Source: Chloroflexota bacterium
GTDB lineage: Bacteria; Chloroflexota; Dehalococcoidia; UBA2979
Length of the DNA: 59,420 bases
Assembly (NCBI GenBank): GCA_009837285.1
Contig: VXTU01000140.1
Location: 1 to 59,420, forward strand
Direction: 5' to 3'
The notes beneath the pieces are model-generated. The model was not told where the DNA came from. It saw only the letters and a program-made list of their open reading frames with translations, and did no database searches. The translations under genes and the position numbers were made by a program. Below are positions 30,321-41,012 of this stretch, piece by piece; position 1 is the first letter of the stretch; each line of letters begins with the position of its first letter.

Positions 30321-30350
30321 CTCATCCGCCCGGGTGCGGGGGCGTGGCGC

Positions 30351-31946
30351 GTGACGGGCCCCGATCTGACGTTCGCGAACTGGCTGCTCGCGGCCGTGCC
30401 GGTCGCGTTGCTGATGGTCGCCATCTTCTTCGCGGGGTGGAGTGCGCCGAGGGCGGGCGCGACTGCGTGGGCGCTCGCCCTCGGGTTGGCTTTCTTCGTC
30501 TTCGGCGCTGCGAGCGACCACGTCGCGATCGCCAGCGCCAAGGGACTGAGCCTCGCCGTCTTCGTGCTCACGATCGTCTGGACGTCCGTCTACATGTTCA
30601 ACCTCGTCGACCGCCTCGACGGCATCGACGCCATCGGGCGGGCGATGGCGAGGCTGTCGGAGGACCGGCTGGCGCAGGCCCTGCTCATCGGGTGGGGGTT
30701 CGCGAGTTTCGTCCAGGGCGTGACGGGCTTCGGCGTCCCTATTGCCGTGGCCGCGCCGGTGCTGATCATGCTCGGCTTCTCGCCCGCGCGGGCGGCCGGC
30801 ATGGCGCTGGTCGGTCACGGCTGGGCCGTGACCTTCGGCTCCATGGGCTCCTCGTACTACACGATCCAGCTCGTCACGGGCATCGAGGGCCACGTCATCG
30901 CTCCGCACATGGCCCTGCTGTTCGCGCCGGTCATCATCGCGAGCGGCGCGCTGGTCGCGCACATCTACGGCGGGTTCGGGGCCGTGCGACGCAGCCTGCC
31001 GCTCGTCATCGTCGCCGGCTCGGTGATGGCCGCGGGGATGTACGCCCTCGCCGAGGTCGACGCGCCGCAGATCGCGTCGAGCGTGCCGGCAATCCTCGGT
31101 ATGGCGACGATGGCGCTGCTGGCCCGCACGCGCCTGCTGGTGAGCGAGCAGGGCCGCGTGGTCCCCGCCGTGCCCGAGGAAGCCGAGGGCGCGAACCCGA
31201 TGCCGTTCTGGCTCGCGTTCCTGCCATACACGTTGCTGATCTCGCTCAGCGTGGTCGCGCAGATCGGCCCCATCAAGGAGGCGTCGTCGGGCCTGCGGTG
31301 GGCGCTCGACTACCCGGGCTTCGTGACCGGCGAGGGTTTCGTGGTGGCCGCCGTCAGCGACTACGCGCCGATCCGGCTCCTCAACCACCCCGCGCCGCTC
31401 ATCGTGATCTCGCTGATCATCAGTACGGCGCTCTACGTCGCAACCTCGCGGTGGCGGCGCGGCGTGGCGGCCGAGGCGCTCCGGCTGACGTACTCGCAGT
31501 GCCTCGCGACGAGCATCGGGGTTGCGACCATGGCCATGATGGCCGTCGTCATGGCCGACTCCGGCATGACGGTGCTGCTCGCCCGCGGGCTGGCCGACGC
31601 GTCCGGGCCGGTGTTCCCGGTGGTGTCGCCGTTCATCGGGATGCTGGGCGCGTTCATGAGCGGCAGCAACACCAACTCGAACGTCATGTTCGGCCTGCTG
31701 CAGCTCGAGACCGCGCGGGCGCTCGACATCGGGCCTGTGACGATCTCGAGCATCCAGTCGGTCGGCGCCTCGGTCGGCAGCGCGATGGCGCCGGCGAAGG
31801 TGCTGGTCGGCGCGGCAGTCGTCGGGTTGTCGGGCAGCGAGCGCGACATCTTCCGTATCGTCACGCCGTACATCTTGCTGCTCGTGCTGCTCGCCGGAAT
31901 CGAGGCGTGGATCGTGGTCGAGCTGCTCACCGGACTGTCGAGGTAG
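30351..31946 (+). CDS. lctP: L-lactate/glycolate permease family transporter
   Basis: It is polytopic. LIGWGFASFVQGVTGFGVPIAVAAPVLIMLGFSPARAAG aligns with the LctP/LldP signature region ([20 protein letters not shown]...LGF.P..AAG). Confidence 0.8.
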   Translation: MTGPDLTFANWLLAAVPVALLMVAIFFAGWSAPRAGATAWALALGLAFFVFGAASDHVAIASAKGLSLAVFVLTIVWTSVYMFNLVDRLDGIDAIGRAMARLSEDRLAQALLIGWGFASFVQGVTGFGVPIAVAAPVLIMLGFSPARAAGMALVGHGWAVTFGSMGSSYYTIQLVTGIEGHVIAPHMALLFAPVIIASGALVAHIYGGFGAVRRSLPLVIVAGSVMAAGMYALAEVDAPQIASSVPAILGMATMALLARTRLLVSEQGRVVPAVPEEAEGANPMPFWLAFLPYTLLISLSVVAQIGPIKEASSGLRWALDYPGFVTGEGFVVAAVSDYAPIRLLNHPAPLIVISLIISTALYVATSRWRRGVAAEALRLTYSQCLATSIGVATMAMMAVVMADSGMTVLLARGLADASGPVFPVVSPFIGMLGAFMSGSNTNSNVMFGLLQLETARALDIGPVTISSIQSVGASVGSAMAPAKVLVGAAVVGLSGSERDIFRIVTPYILLLVLLAGIEAWIVVELLTGLSR

Positions 31947-31948
31947 TC

Positions 31949-32119
31949 GTGCTGCCCGAGGAGACGCGTCGCCGGCTACAGCACGTGGCCCTCGCGGGCA
32001 TGGCCGCGAGCCTGCCGCTGCTCTACGCGGGCGCGGTGACGCTGGAGAGCGAGGTGGTCACGGTCGTGGGCCTCGGCGTGGCCGGGGTCCCCGCGGTCCT
32101 GGCGTGGGTGGCGTTCTAG
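31949..32119 (+). CDS. Possible small membrane protein (56 aa)
   Basis: The GTG lies 2 nt after the lctP stop. There are two hydrophobic stretches (LAGMAASLPLLYAGAV and VVGLGVAGVPAVLAWVAF). It may be spurious. Confidence 0.25.
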   Translation: MLPEETRRRLQHVALAGMAASLPLLYAGAVTLESEVVTVVGLGVAGVPAVLAWVAF

Positions 32120-32131
32120 CGAAGCACGCGC

Positions 32132-35100
32132 TCAGTCGCCGGTGGTAATCGCCACGATGGTGAGGACGGGCGCGAGCGGCGTGAGCAGCGCAAGCAGGGG
32201 GACGCCGTCCTCGGTGTCAGCGCCGACGGCGCCCTGGCGCCAGCGCCGCACCAGGCGGAGGCGGGAACGGTCCCACCACTCGCGCTGCAGCAGCACGGTC
32301 ATCCCGATGGCGAGCAGGACGAAGCCGGCGACCGCCAGCATCACCCAGTACGGCACGAGGTCCGTGTTGCGGTTCACCCAGAGGAAGCGCAGCGCGACCC
32401 CGGAGATCGTCGCGACGGCGGAGACCGCGAGCCAGCGCGTGTTGAGCACGATCGCAACGCCGAGCAGTGCGATCCCTTCGATGAGCAGCACGAGCCCCCA
32501 GCGCGCTCCGCCCGGCTCGAACCCCTGCTCGGCCTGCGGGAGCACGAGCAGCCCCGCAGCGACCACCTGCAGCACCTCGTGCCAGCCGATGTCGTCGCTC
32601 AGCCGCTCGCTGCTGCGCGTCATGAGTCCGACCAGCGCGACGTAGACCGCGGCCGGCAGCGTGTAGAACTGCACGTTGCCCGGCTCCTGCGTCGCGATCG
32701 CGAGCTCCAGCGAGACCATGACCAGCGCCGACGCCGGGAGCAGCGCCCAGCGCACGCCGAACCGGCGCCCCTCGAACACCACGGCCCCGGCCACCGGGAG
32801 GAGCAGCAGCGTCAGCGCCCGGAATTCGACCAGCGTCGGTGCGTCGACTCGCAGTGTGTCCACGCGTTCGCCCAGCGCCATCAGCGCCGCGACGGGGCCA
32901 AGTGCGAGGCCGCTCCAGGCGATGATCTGGATGGCGATGTCCGCGCCGTCGAGGCCAGGGCGTCGCCACCTCGTGAGCACCCCGAACACCACCGCGCCGA
33001 TGGCCGAGTAGGTGACCGCGAGCATCCACGGCGTCCAACCGAAGACCGGCCAAGACCCTGCGACCACAACCAGCACGAGCGCCCAGGCCGCGACCGCGGG
33101 CTCCCACCGTCGCAGCCGCCGTGCCTCGATGGCGATGAGTGCACCGAGCCCGAGCAGCAGCAGGACGAGGGCGCGGTACTCCGGCGTGGCGACGGACTCG
33201 ATGGCGGGATCGCGGATCAACGGGATCAGCGCCGCGTACGCGACGCCGATGGCCGTCAGCGCGGGAGCCCACGAGAGCACCTGCGCGGCGGTCGGCGTCT
33301 CTGGTTCGGGCGCCGACACCACCCGGTCGTAGCGCCGCATCGGAGCGAGCAGGCCGAACAGCACGGCCCCGCCCGCCGCGTACGACGCCGCGAGGATCCA
33401 CCACGCCCAGGCCTGCGCTTCCCAGAGCACGGCCATCGCGGCCATCCCGAGCGCGACCCCAACGACCACGAGGCTCCAGCGTCGCAGCACCACGAAGGCT
33501 CCAAGGACGTGCCCGGCGCCAAGTGCGAGCAGGGCAGCGTCGTGCCCCACGAACTCCTCGAGGGGGTGCAGCGACGCGCCGATGGCGAGGAGCGGGACGG
33601 GCAGGACCGCGAGGAGTAGCTGCGGCCGGGCGCGGGCGATCAAGACCATGACGCTGGAGCCGCCGACGGCCATCGCGGCCGGTACCCAGCCGGTGTCCGG
33701 CGGGCTCAGCCCCTCCGCGCGCTGCGCGAAGCCGACCGCGATGAGGACCGCGCCGAACGCAAGCCAGCCGAAGACCACCCGCTCCCGGTCGGGAGTCGCG
33801 CGCGTGTCCTCCTCGGGGTCTTCGCCGACTCCGGTCCACGTCGCGATGCCCTCGGTGGTGTTCGCCCACGCGATCGCGGCGAGGAGGGCGCCCGCGCCGA
33901 GGAACGCGGCCGCGGCAATCCAGCTGTCACCATCCAGATGCGTGTCGAGCAGCAGCAGGGGCCAGAGCCCGGCGCCCGCCGCGAGCAGGAGCGCGCCGAA
34001 TCCGAGTTGCGGGATCGATGTGATCCAGCTGGGCCTCGCGGTGAGGAGGAGCGCCCCGGTCACGAGCGGCGGGAAGCTGTACCACCCGGTTTCGGCGCCC
34101 CCGGCCCACAGCCCGGCGATGGCGGCAGCCGTTGCGAGCACGGCAGCGCCGAGGACGGCCATCGGCTCGCGCTGCGACGCGCCTCCCATCCCGACGACTG
34201 CCGTCAGCAGCAGCAACGTGACCGGCAGTTGCCAGTGATGCGCGTCCGCGAACGAGGCCGCGAGGAGCGCGAACAGCGTCGCGAGTGTGGCGATCACGGT
34301 CACTACGACGGCTACCGCGTTGCTCCATCGGCGCGCCGCCACGACAGCGTCCGGCCCGACGGCGGCGAACGCCAGCCACCATGCACCGCCCCACTCGATG
34401 GGAATCCCCATGGTGACCGCGAGCGAGCCCCATGCGCTCAGCACAGCGAGGCCCGCGGGAATGGCGTACAGCCGCCCGGCGCCCGTGCTGAAGAGCAGAG
34501 CGTAGAACCCTGCGCTGTAGACGGAGGCGATGAACCAGACGAGCGCACCCGACACCTCGCGGTCGCTGAGCACCGCGTCGTGGAGGAGCACGAAGTTGAG
34601 TGGCGTCATCAGGGCGCCGATGGCGAGGAACACCGGGCCCGCCTCGCGCACCCTCGGCCAGCGCTGGAGGAGTAGGCCGGCGGCCATGAATGCGACGGTG
34701 TAGGCCGCGAGGATCGCGACGCGCCACCCGCCGCCGAGCGCCTCGTCCTGACTCGACACGAAGATCAGCGCGGAGATGACGAGCAGGAACGCGCCCACAT
34801 AGAGCAGTACGTCGGCCTGCCGTCGCGCTGCCCACTCGCCGACCGTCCCCGCGGAGGCCGAGACCGGGGGGCGTCGCCTGGCGGGCGGAACGCGAGGAGC
34901 CGCGGCCGCAGTGGCCGCGGGTTGCGGCCCGGTCGTCGAAGGTTGCTGTGCCGGGGCAGCCGACGGCTCGCCCGCCGGCGCGAGAAGCGCGGCGCGGCGC
35001 GCCTCGTAGTGCTCTCGCAGTCGTCGCGCCGAGGCGTTGTCGATCAGGCCGTCGAGGCGCCATCCCTCGATGGCGTTGAGCAGCGTCGCTATCGACTCCG

Positions 35101-35224
35101 GATCATCGGCGAGGCCGGCTGGCTCCCACCGTGCTCCGCACTGCGGGCACACGTCCGCCCCGGGGGGACGGATCGCGCCACAGGCCGCGCAGTACTGCGG
35201 ACGTGTTCCCCTCGGACCGGTGAT
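32132..35224 (-). CDS. Very large polytopic membrane protein with an N-terminal zinc ribbon (DUF2157-like N-terminus); proposed ATC start
   Basis: About 1030 aa and almost entirely hydrophobic helices (more than 20). The N-terminus would read YCAACGAIRPPGADVCPQCG, followed by IEGWRLDGLIDNASARRLREHY. The track ORF starts at GTG 35152, but that start cuts the CxxC...CxxC motif in two. An in-frame ATC at 35224 lies 6 nt downstream of GGAGG. Confidence 0.6.
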   Translation of the reverse strand: MTGPRGTRPQYCAACGAIRPPGADVCPQCGARWEPAGLADDPESIATLLNAIEGWRLDGLIDNASARRLREHYEARRAALLAPAGEPSAAPAQQPSTTGPQPAATAAAAPRVPPARRRPPVSASAGTVGEWAARRQADVLLYVGAFLLVISALIFVSSQDEALGGGWRVAILAAYTVAFMAAGLLLQRWPRVREAGPVFLAIGALMTPLNFVLLHDAVLSDREVSGALVWFIASVYSAGFYALLFSTGAGRLYAIPAGLAVLSAWGSLAVTMGIPIEWGGAWWLAFAAVGPDAVVAARRWSNAVAVVVTVIATLATLFALLAASFADAHHWQLPVTLLLLTAVVGMGGASQREPMAVLGAAVLATAAAIAGLWAGGAETGWYSFPPLVTGALLLTARPSWITSIPQLGFGALLLAAGAGLWPLLLLDTHLDGDSWIAAAAFLGAGALLAAIAWANTTEGIATWTGVGEDPEEDTRATPDRERVVFGWLAFGAVLIAVGFAQRAEGLSPPDTGWVPAAMAVGGSSVMVLIARARPQLLLAVLPVPLLAIGASLHPLEEFVGHDAALLALGAGHVLGAFVVLRRWSLVVVGVALGMAAMAVLWEAQAWAWWILAASYAAGGAVLFGLLAPMRRYDRVVSAPEPETPTAAQVLSWAPALTAIGVAYAALIPLIRDPAIESVATPEYRALVLLLLGLGALIAIEARRLRRWEPAVAAWALVLVVVAGSWPVFGWTPWMLAVTYSAIGAVVFGVLTRWRRPGLDGADIAIQIIAWSGLALGPVAALMALGERVDTLRVDAPTLVEFRALTLLLLPVAGAVVFEGRRFGVRWALLPASALVMVSLELAIATQEPGNVQFYTLPAAVYVALVGLMTRSSERLSDDIGWHEVLQVVAAGLLVLPQAEQGFEPGGARWGLVLLIEGIALLGVAIVLNTRWLAVSAVATISGVALRFLWVNRNTDLVPYWVMLAVAGFVLLAIGMTVLLQREWWDRSRLRLVRRWRQGAVGADTEDGVPLLALLTPLAPVLTIVAITTGD

Positions 35225-35251
35225 GGGTCACCTCCGGCCGAGCGAGGCCGA

Positions 35252-37978
<2,727 letters not shown>

Positions 37979-38083
37979 CGTTGGGGTCTCCCGCCGCTCG
38001 CCGCGCGCGAGTTCCTCCGCCGGACCCCGGGGAGAGGGCGGTCGAGGCCGCACTGGCGATGGGCCGGAGCGCGCGCTGCGAGG

Positions 38084-38089
38084 ATTATA
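38084..38089 (-). promoter_or_regulatory. Candidate -10 box (TATAAT) upstream of ppdK
   Basis: A perfect TATAAT on the minus strand, about 105 nt upstream of the ppdK ATG. The -35 is weak. Confidence 0.3.
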
Positions 38090-38148
38090 CGGCAGCCGCG
38101 TCCGACTGAATCGCCGCAACGTCCGGGCGACCGGGCCCCGGCGCGCTC

Positions 38149-38532
38149 TCAGTACGGAGCTTCGAGGTCCGGGAACATGGGGAAGTGGCGCACATTGCGC
38201 GTCCACAGCCGCGCAGCAAGATGCTCGGCCGTCGCGGCGATGACGTAGTCGACCGGATCGATGCCCGGATGCGAGCGGAGATACCGGTTGGCCAGGACAC
38301 CGGCGCGCTCGGCGAGGTCGGTATCGACCTCGATCCAGTCGAGGCTGTCGAGCAGCCGGCGCGTGGCGGCCTCTTCGTGCGCGCGCATGCCGGCCAGTAC
38401 CTCGACCCGCGTGAGCACGGAAGCGGCGAGACGTTCGCCGGTGGCCGCCGCGTCGCGCAGCGCGTGGCGGGCCGCTTCGTCGCCCCGCAGGTGGTCGATC
38501 AGCACGGAGGTGTCGACGACGATCGCCATCAC
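38149..38532 (-). CDS. vapC: PIN-domain toxin VapC
   Basis: IVVDTSVLIDHL (first acidic residue), a mid-protein E, and IAATAEHLAARLWTRNVRHF are typical of a PIN domain. The start overlaps the stop of the upstream antitoxin. Confidence 0.88.
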   Translation of the reverse strand: MMAIVVDTSVLIDHLRGDEAARHALRDAAATGERLAASVLTRVEVLAGMRAHEEAATRRLLDSLDWIEVDTDLAERAGVLANRYLRSHPGIDPVDYVIAATAEHLAARLWTRNVRHFPMFPDLEAPY

Positions 38533-38780
38533 TCTGGCAGCCGCCGCGACATGCCACGACGAAGCTCGTCGACGTAGCTCGCGCCGTCGAAGTCGCGGTC
38601 ACCCCATGAGGCGAAACTCGCGTCGAGGGCGCTCCGCATCTCGGCGTCGGAAGCAGTTCCGTAGCTCCGATCGAGCGCGCGCCGTACGAGTTCGGCGAGG
38701 CCGAGGCCGGAGCGCCGGGACTCCTCGCGCAGTCGCGCGTACTGCTGATCGGTCAACGTGATCTGCGTGCGGTGACTCAT
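38529..38780 (-). CDS. vapB: Ribbon-helix-helix (CopG-like) antitoxin VapB
   Basis: MSHRTQITLTDQQYARLREESRRSGLGLAELVRRAL is an RHH N-terminus. The gene sits directly upstream of the PIN gene. Confidence 0.85.
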   Translation of the reverse strand: MSHRTQITLTDQQYARLREESRRSGLGLAELVRRALDRSYGTASDAEMRSALDASFASWGDRDFDGASYVDELRRGMSRRLPE

Positions 38781-38797
38781 GATGTAAGTCTACATCA
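38780..38797 (-). promoter_or_regulatory. Inverted repeat TGATGTA-N4-TACATCA overlapping a TAGACT -10-like hexamer and abutting the vapB ATG (candidate operator; leaderless transcript)
   Basis: The minus strand reads GTGATGTAGACTTACATCATG. The TAGACT hexamer ends 6 nt before the ATG, and no Shine-Dalgarno sequence is possible. Confidence 0.4.
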
Positions 38798-38840
38798 CGT
38801 TGCTGGCCTCGAAGACGCGGCTCCTGGAGGGCGAAGGGCC

Positions 38841-39845
38841 TCAGTTCACGTTCGGGAGGCTCGACCACTCGCCCTGCCGCTCGAAGAGCAGGTCATGCAT
38901 CTCCCAGAACTTGCCCTGGCTACCCGCGCACTCGGCCGCCGCGTGCGCCATCGCAGCGTTGGGGTGGATCTGCGTCAGGGGGAAGTGGAAGAAGGCGATG
39001 GCGACGTCCTCCCCGACAAGAGCGCGGATCCCGGGCAGCGTGTCGACGTACCAGCGCTGGCAGAACGGGCACTCGAAGTCGCTGAACTCCAGCACCACCA
39101 CCGGCGCGTCCGGGCTGCCCTCGATGGGCGCGCCACTCGCGTCGGGACGTTCAGGAAGGATGGCGAGGCGCGGTGGGACGCTGTCGGCGAGGGCACGGAT
39201 AGCCTCCGGGTACTCGTCGATGCTGGTCGGACTGCCGTCGAGCTCGGCATCGATGATCGCTGCGAAGAGCGCGGCGGGCTGCGCACCCGAGATCATCTTG
39301 TTGTTCACGAAGAACGTCGGCGTCCCGCTCACGCCGAGATCGATGCCCCGCTGGAGCTGCTCGCGGATGGCGTCGAACGTGCCCTCGTCGCCGAGGCACG
39401 CGTCGAAGCGTTCGGCATCGAGGTCAAGCGACGTGGCGTAGGCGCTGAGCGCATCGCGGAGCGTCCGAGGGCCCGACGGAGCGGCCGGCGCCCGGTCGAC
39501 TGCGCCCGACAGCTCGACCTCCAGTGCCAGGAGCTCGACTTCGTCGGACAGCGACTCGACCTCCGCGGAGAGCGACTGCACCTCGGCGGACAGCGACCCG
39601 ACGGCCGTCGTGAGGTCGTTGAGCGCGGGCGTGGCGGACTCGGTGGGGGCAGAGCGTGTGTCAGCCGCGAGGATGGCAGCGACGATCACGGCGGCGCCGA
39701 TCAGGACGGAGATCGGCAGCAGGAACGCCGTCCAGAGGGGCGTGCTGTCCGCGCGGGGATCCGGGGACGACTCGACGGGCTCTGCGTCGCCGGCCGTCTC
39801 GGCCGGTTCCGCCTCGGGCTCCTGCGGGTCGGCGTCCTCGTTCAC
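38841..39845 (-). CDS. Membrane-anchored DsbA-family thioredoxin-fold oxidoreductase
   Basis: The CPFC active site is present (FSDFECPFCQRWY). There is an N-terminal acidic tail, a TM segment (LWTAFLLPISVLIGAAVIVAAILA), and then the heptad-like repeat LSAEVQSLSAEVESLSDEVELLALEVELS. Confidence 0.85.
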   Translation of the reverse strand: MNEDADPQEPEAEPAETAGDAEPVESSPDPRADSTPLWTAFLLPISVLIGAAVIVAAILAADTRSAPTESATPALNDLTTAVGSLSAEVQSLSAEVESLSDEVELLALEVELSGAVDRAPAAPSGPRTLRDALSAYATSLDLDAERFDACLGDEGTFDAIREQLQRGIDLGVSGTPTFFVNNKMISGAQPAALFAAIIDAELDGSPTSIDEYPEAIRALADSVPPRLAILPERPDASGAPIEGSPDAPVVVLEFSDFECPFCQRWYVDTLPGIRALVGEDVAIAFFHFPLTQIHPNAAMAHAAAECAGSQGKFWEMHDLLFERQGEWSSLPNVN

Positions 39846-39930
39846 CCCGCGATGCTAGAGCGGCGGCGGCGGCACGGGCAAACGAGGCCTGGCGCTTGCC
39901 GCACTCCCCACCCCGGCGGACACTCAGTAC

Positions 39931-40980
39931 ATGGTCTCACCCGCCACGGCCCGCGTCCGCGCCGCCCTCGAGGCACGCGAGGCGCTGCTCGCGCCGGGCG
40001 CGGCGCGCGAGGGCGACTCAGCGGGGCGGGAGCGCCCCGAGCCCCCCGACCCGCTGCGCCTCGCCTGGCAGATCGACCGCGACCGCATCATCCACACGCG
40101 CGCGTTCCGGCGGCTCAAGCACAAGACCCAGGTCTTCGTCGCGCCGGACTCCGACCACGTCGTCACGCGCATGACCCACACCATCGAGGTGCAGCAGATC
40201 GCGCGCACCATCGCCCGCGCGCTCGCTCTCAACGAGGACCTGACCGAGGCGATCGCCCTCGGCCATGACCTTGGTCACACGCCGTTCGGCCACGCCGGCG
40301 AGGAGCAGCTGGGCGAGCTGCTGCCGGACGGCTTCCGCCACAACGCGCAGTCGCTGCGCATCGTGGAAGTCCTCGAACGCGACGGGCGCGGCCTCAACCT
40401 CATGCCCGAGACGCGCGAGGGCATCGTCAAGCACTCCAAGGTGCTGTCGTCGGTGGCTGCCGAGGGCTGGGGCGTCGCCTCGACGCTCGAGGGGCAGGTG
40501 GTGAAGCTGGCCGACTCGATCGCGTACCTCAACCACGACATCGGCGATGCCGTGCGCGCCGGGTTGCTGCACGAGGCCGACCTGCCCGACGCCGTACACG
40601 ACACGCTGGGCACGACCCACTCGCAGCGCATCGACCGACTGGTGACGGACTGCGTCGAGACGTCGCAAGCAGCGGCCATGGCCCCGCCTGGCGCAGACGA
40701 GCGGATCGAGTTGAGCGGGGCAGTGCTGCACGCCACCGACGAGCTGCGTGCCTTCCTCTTCGACCGTGTCTACCTCGCGCCCCCCGTGATGGCGGCGGCC
40801 GAGCACGGCCAGCGGGTGATCGAGGCGTTGTTCACGCACTACGAGCGCCACCCCGAACAGATCGAGGGGTTCTCGTTGCCGGACGATCCCGCCTGGCGTC
40901 GCGCCGCCGACTACGTGTCGGGCATGACCGACGGGTACGCCCTGCGCCGTGCAGCTGACCTCGGACTGGCCGGGGAGTGA
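39931..40980 (+). CDS. dgt: dGTP triphosphohydrolase-like HD-domain protein
   Basis: DRDRIIHTRAFRRLKHKTQVF, HTIEVQQIAR and GHDLGHTPFGH are present. Confidence 0.9.
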   Translation: MVSPATARVRAALEAREALLAPGAAREGDSAGRERPEPPDPLRLAWQIDRDRIIHTRAFRRLKHKTQVFVAPDSDHVVTRMTHTIEVQQIARTIARALALNEDLTEAIALGHDLGHTPFGHAGEEQLGELLPDGFRHNAQSLRIVEVLERDGRGLNLMPETREGIVKHSKVLSSVAAEGWGVASTLEGQVVKLADSIAYLNHDIGDAVRAGLLHEADLPDAVHDTLGTTHSQRIDRLVTDCVETSQAAAMAPPGADERIELSGAVLHATDELRAFLFDRVYLAPPVMAAAEHGQRVIEALFTHYERHPEQIEGFSLPDDPAWRRAADYVSGMTDGYALRRAADLGLAGE

Positions 40981-41012
40981 CCGCGGCGGGGGCGAGACCT
41001 GCGAGGCCGTAG

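Noticed and set aside
28400-30350. Tn7-like or other mobile element inserted at attTn7 downstream of glmS.
   Set aside because: There are no transposase (tnsABCDE), integrase or terminal inverted repeats. Only a single cargo-like gene and a 7-bp direct repeat are present, so I call it an islet and not a mobile element.
37979-38602. N-terminal extension of ppdK (track ORF 35252..38602, 1116 aa).
   Set aside because: The extra 208 residues are Arg-rich and low-complexity, and they overlap the vapC gene. Conserved PpdK sequence begins at MTTTAPDT (ATG 37978).
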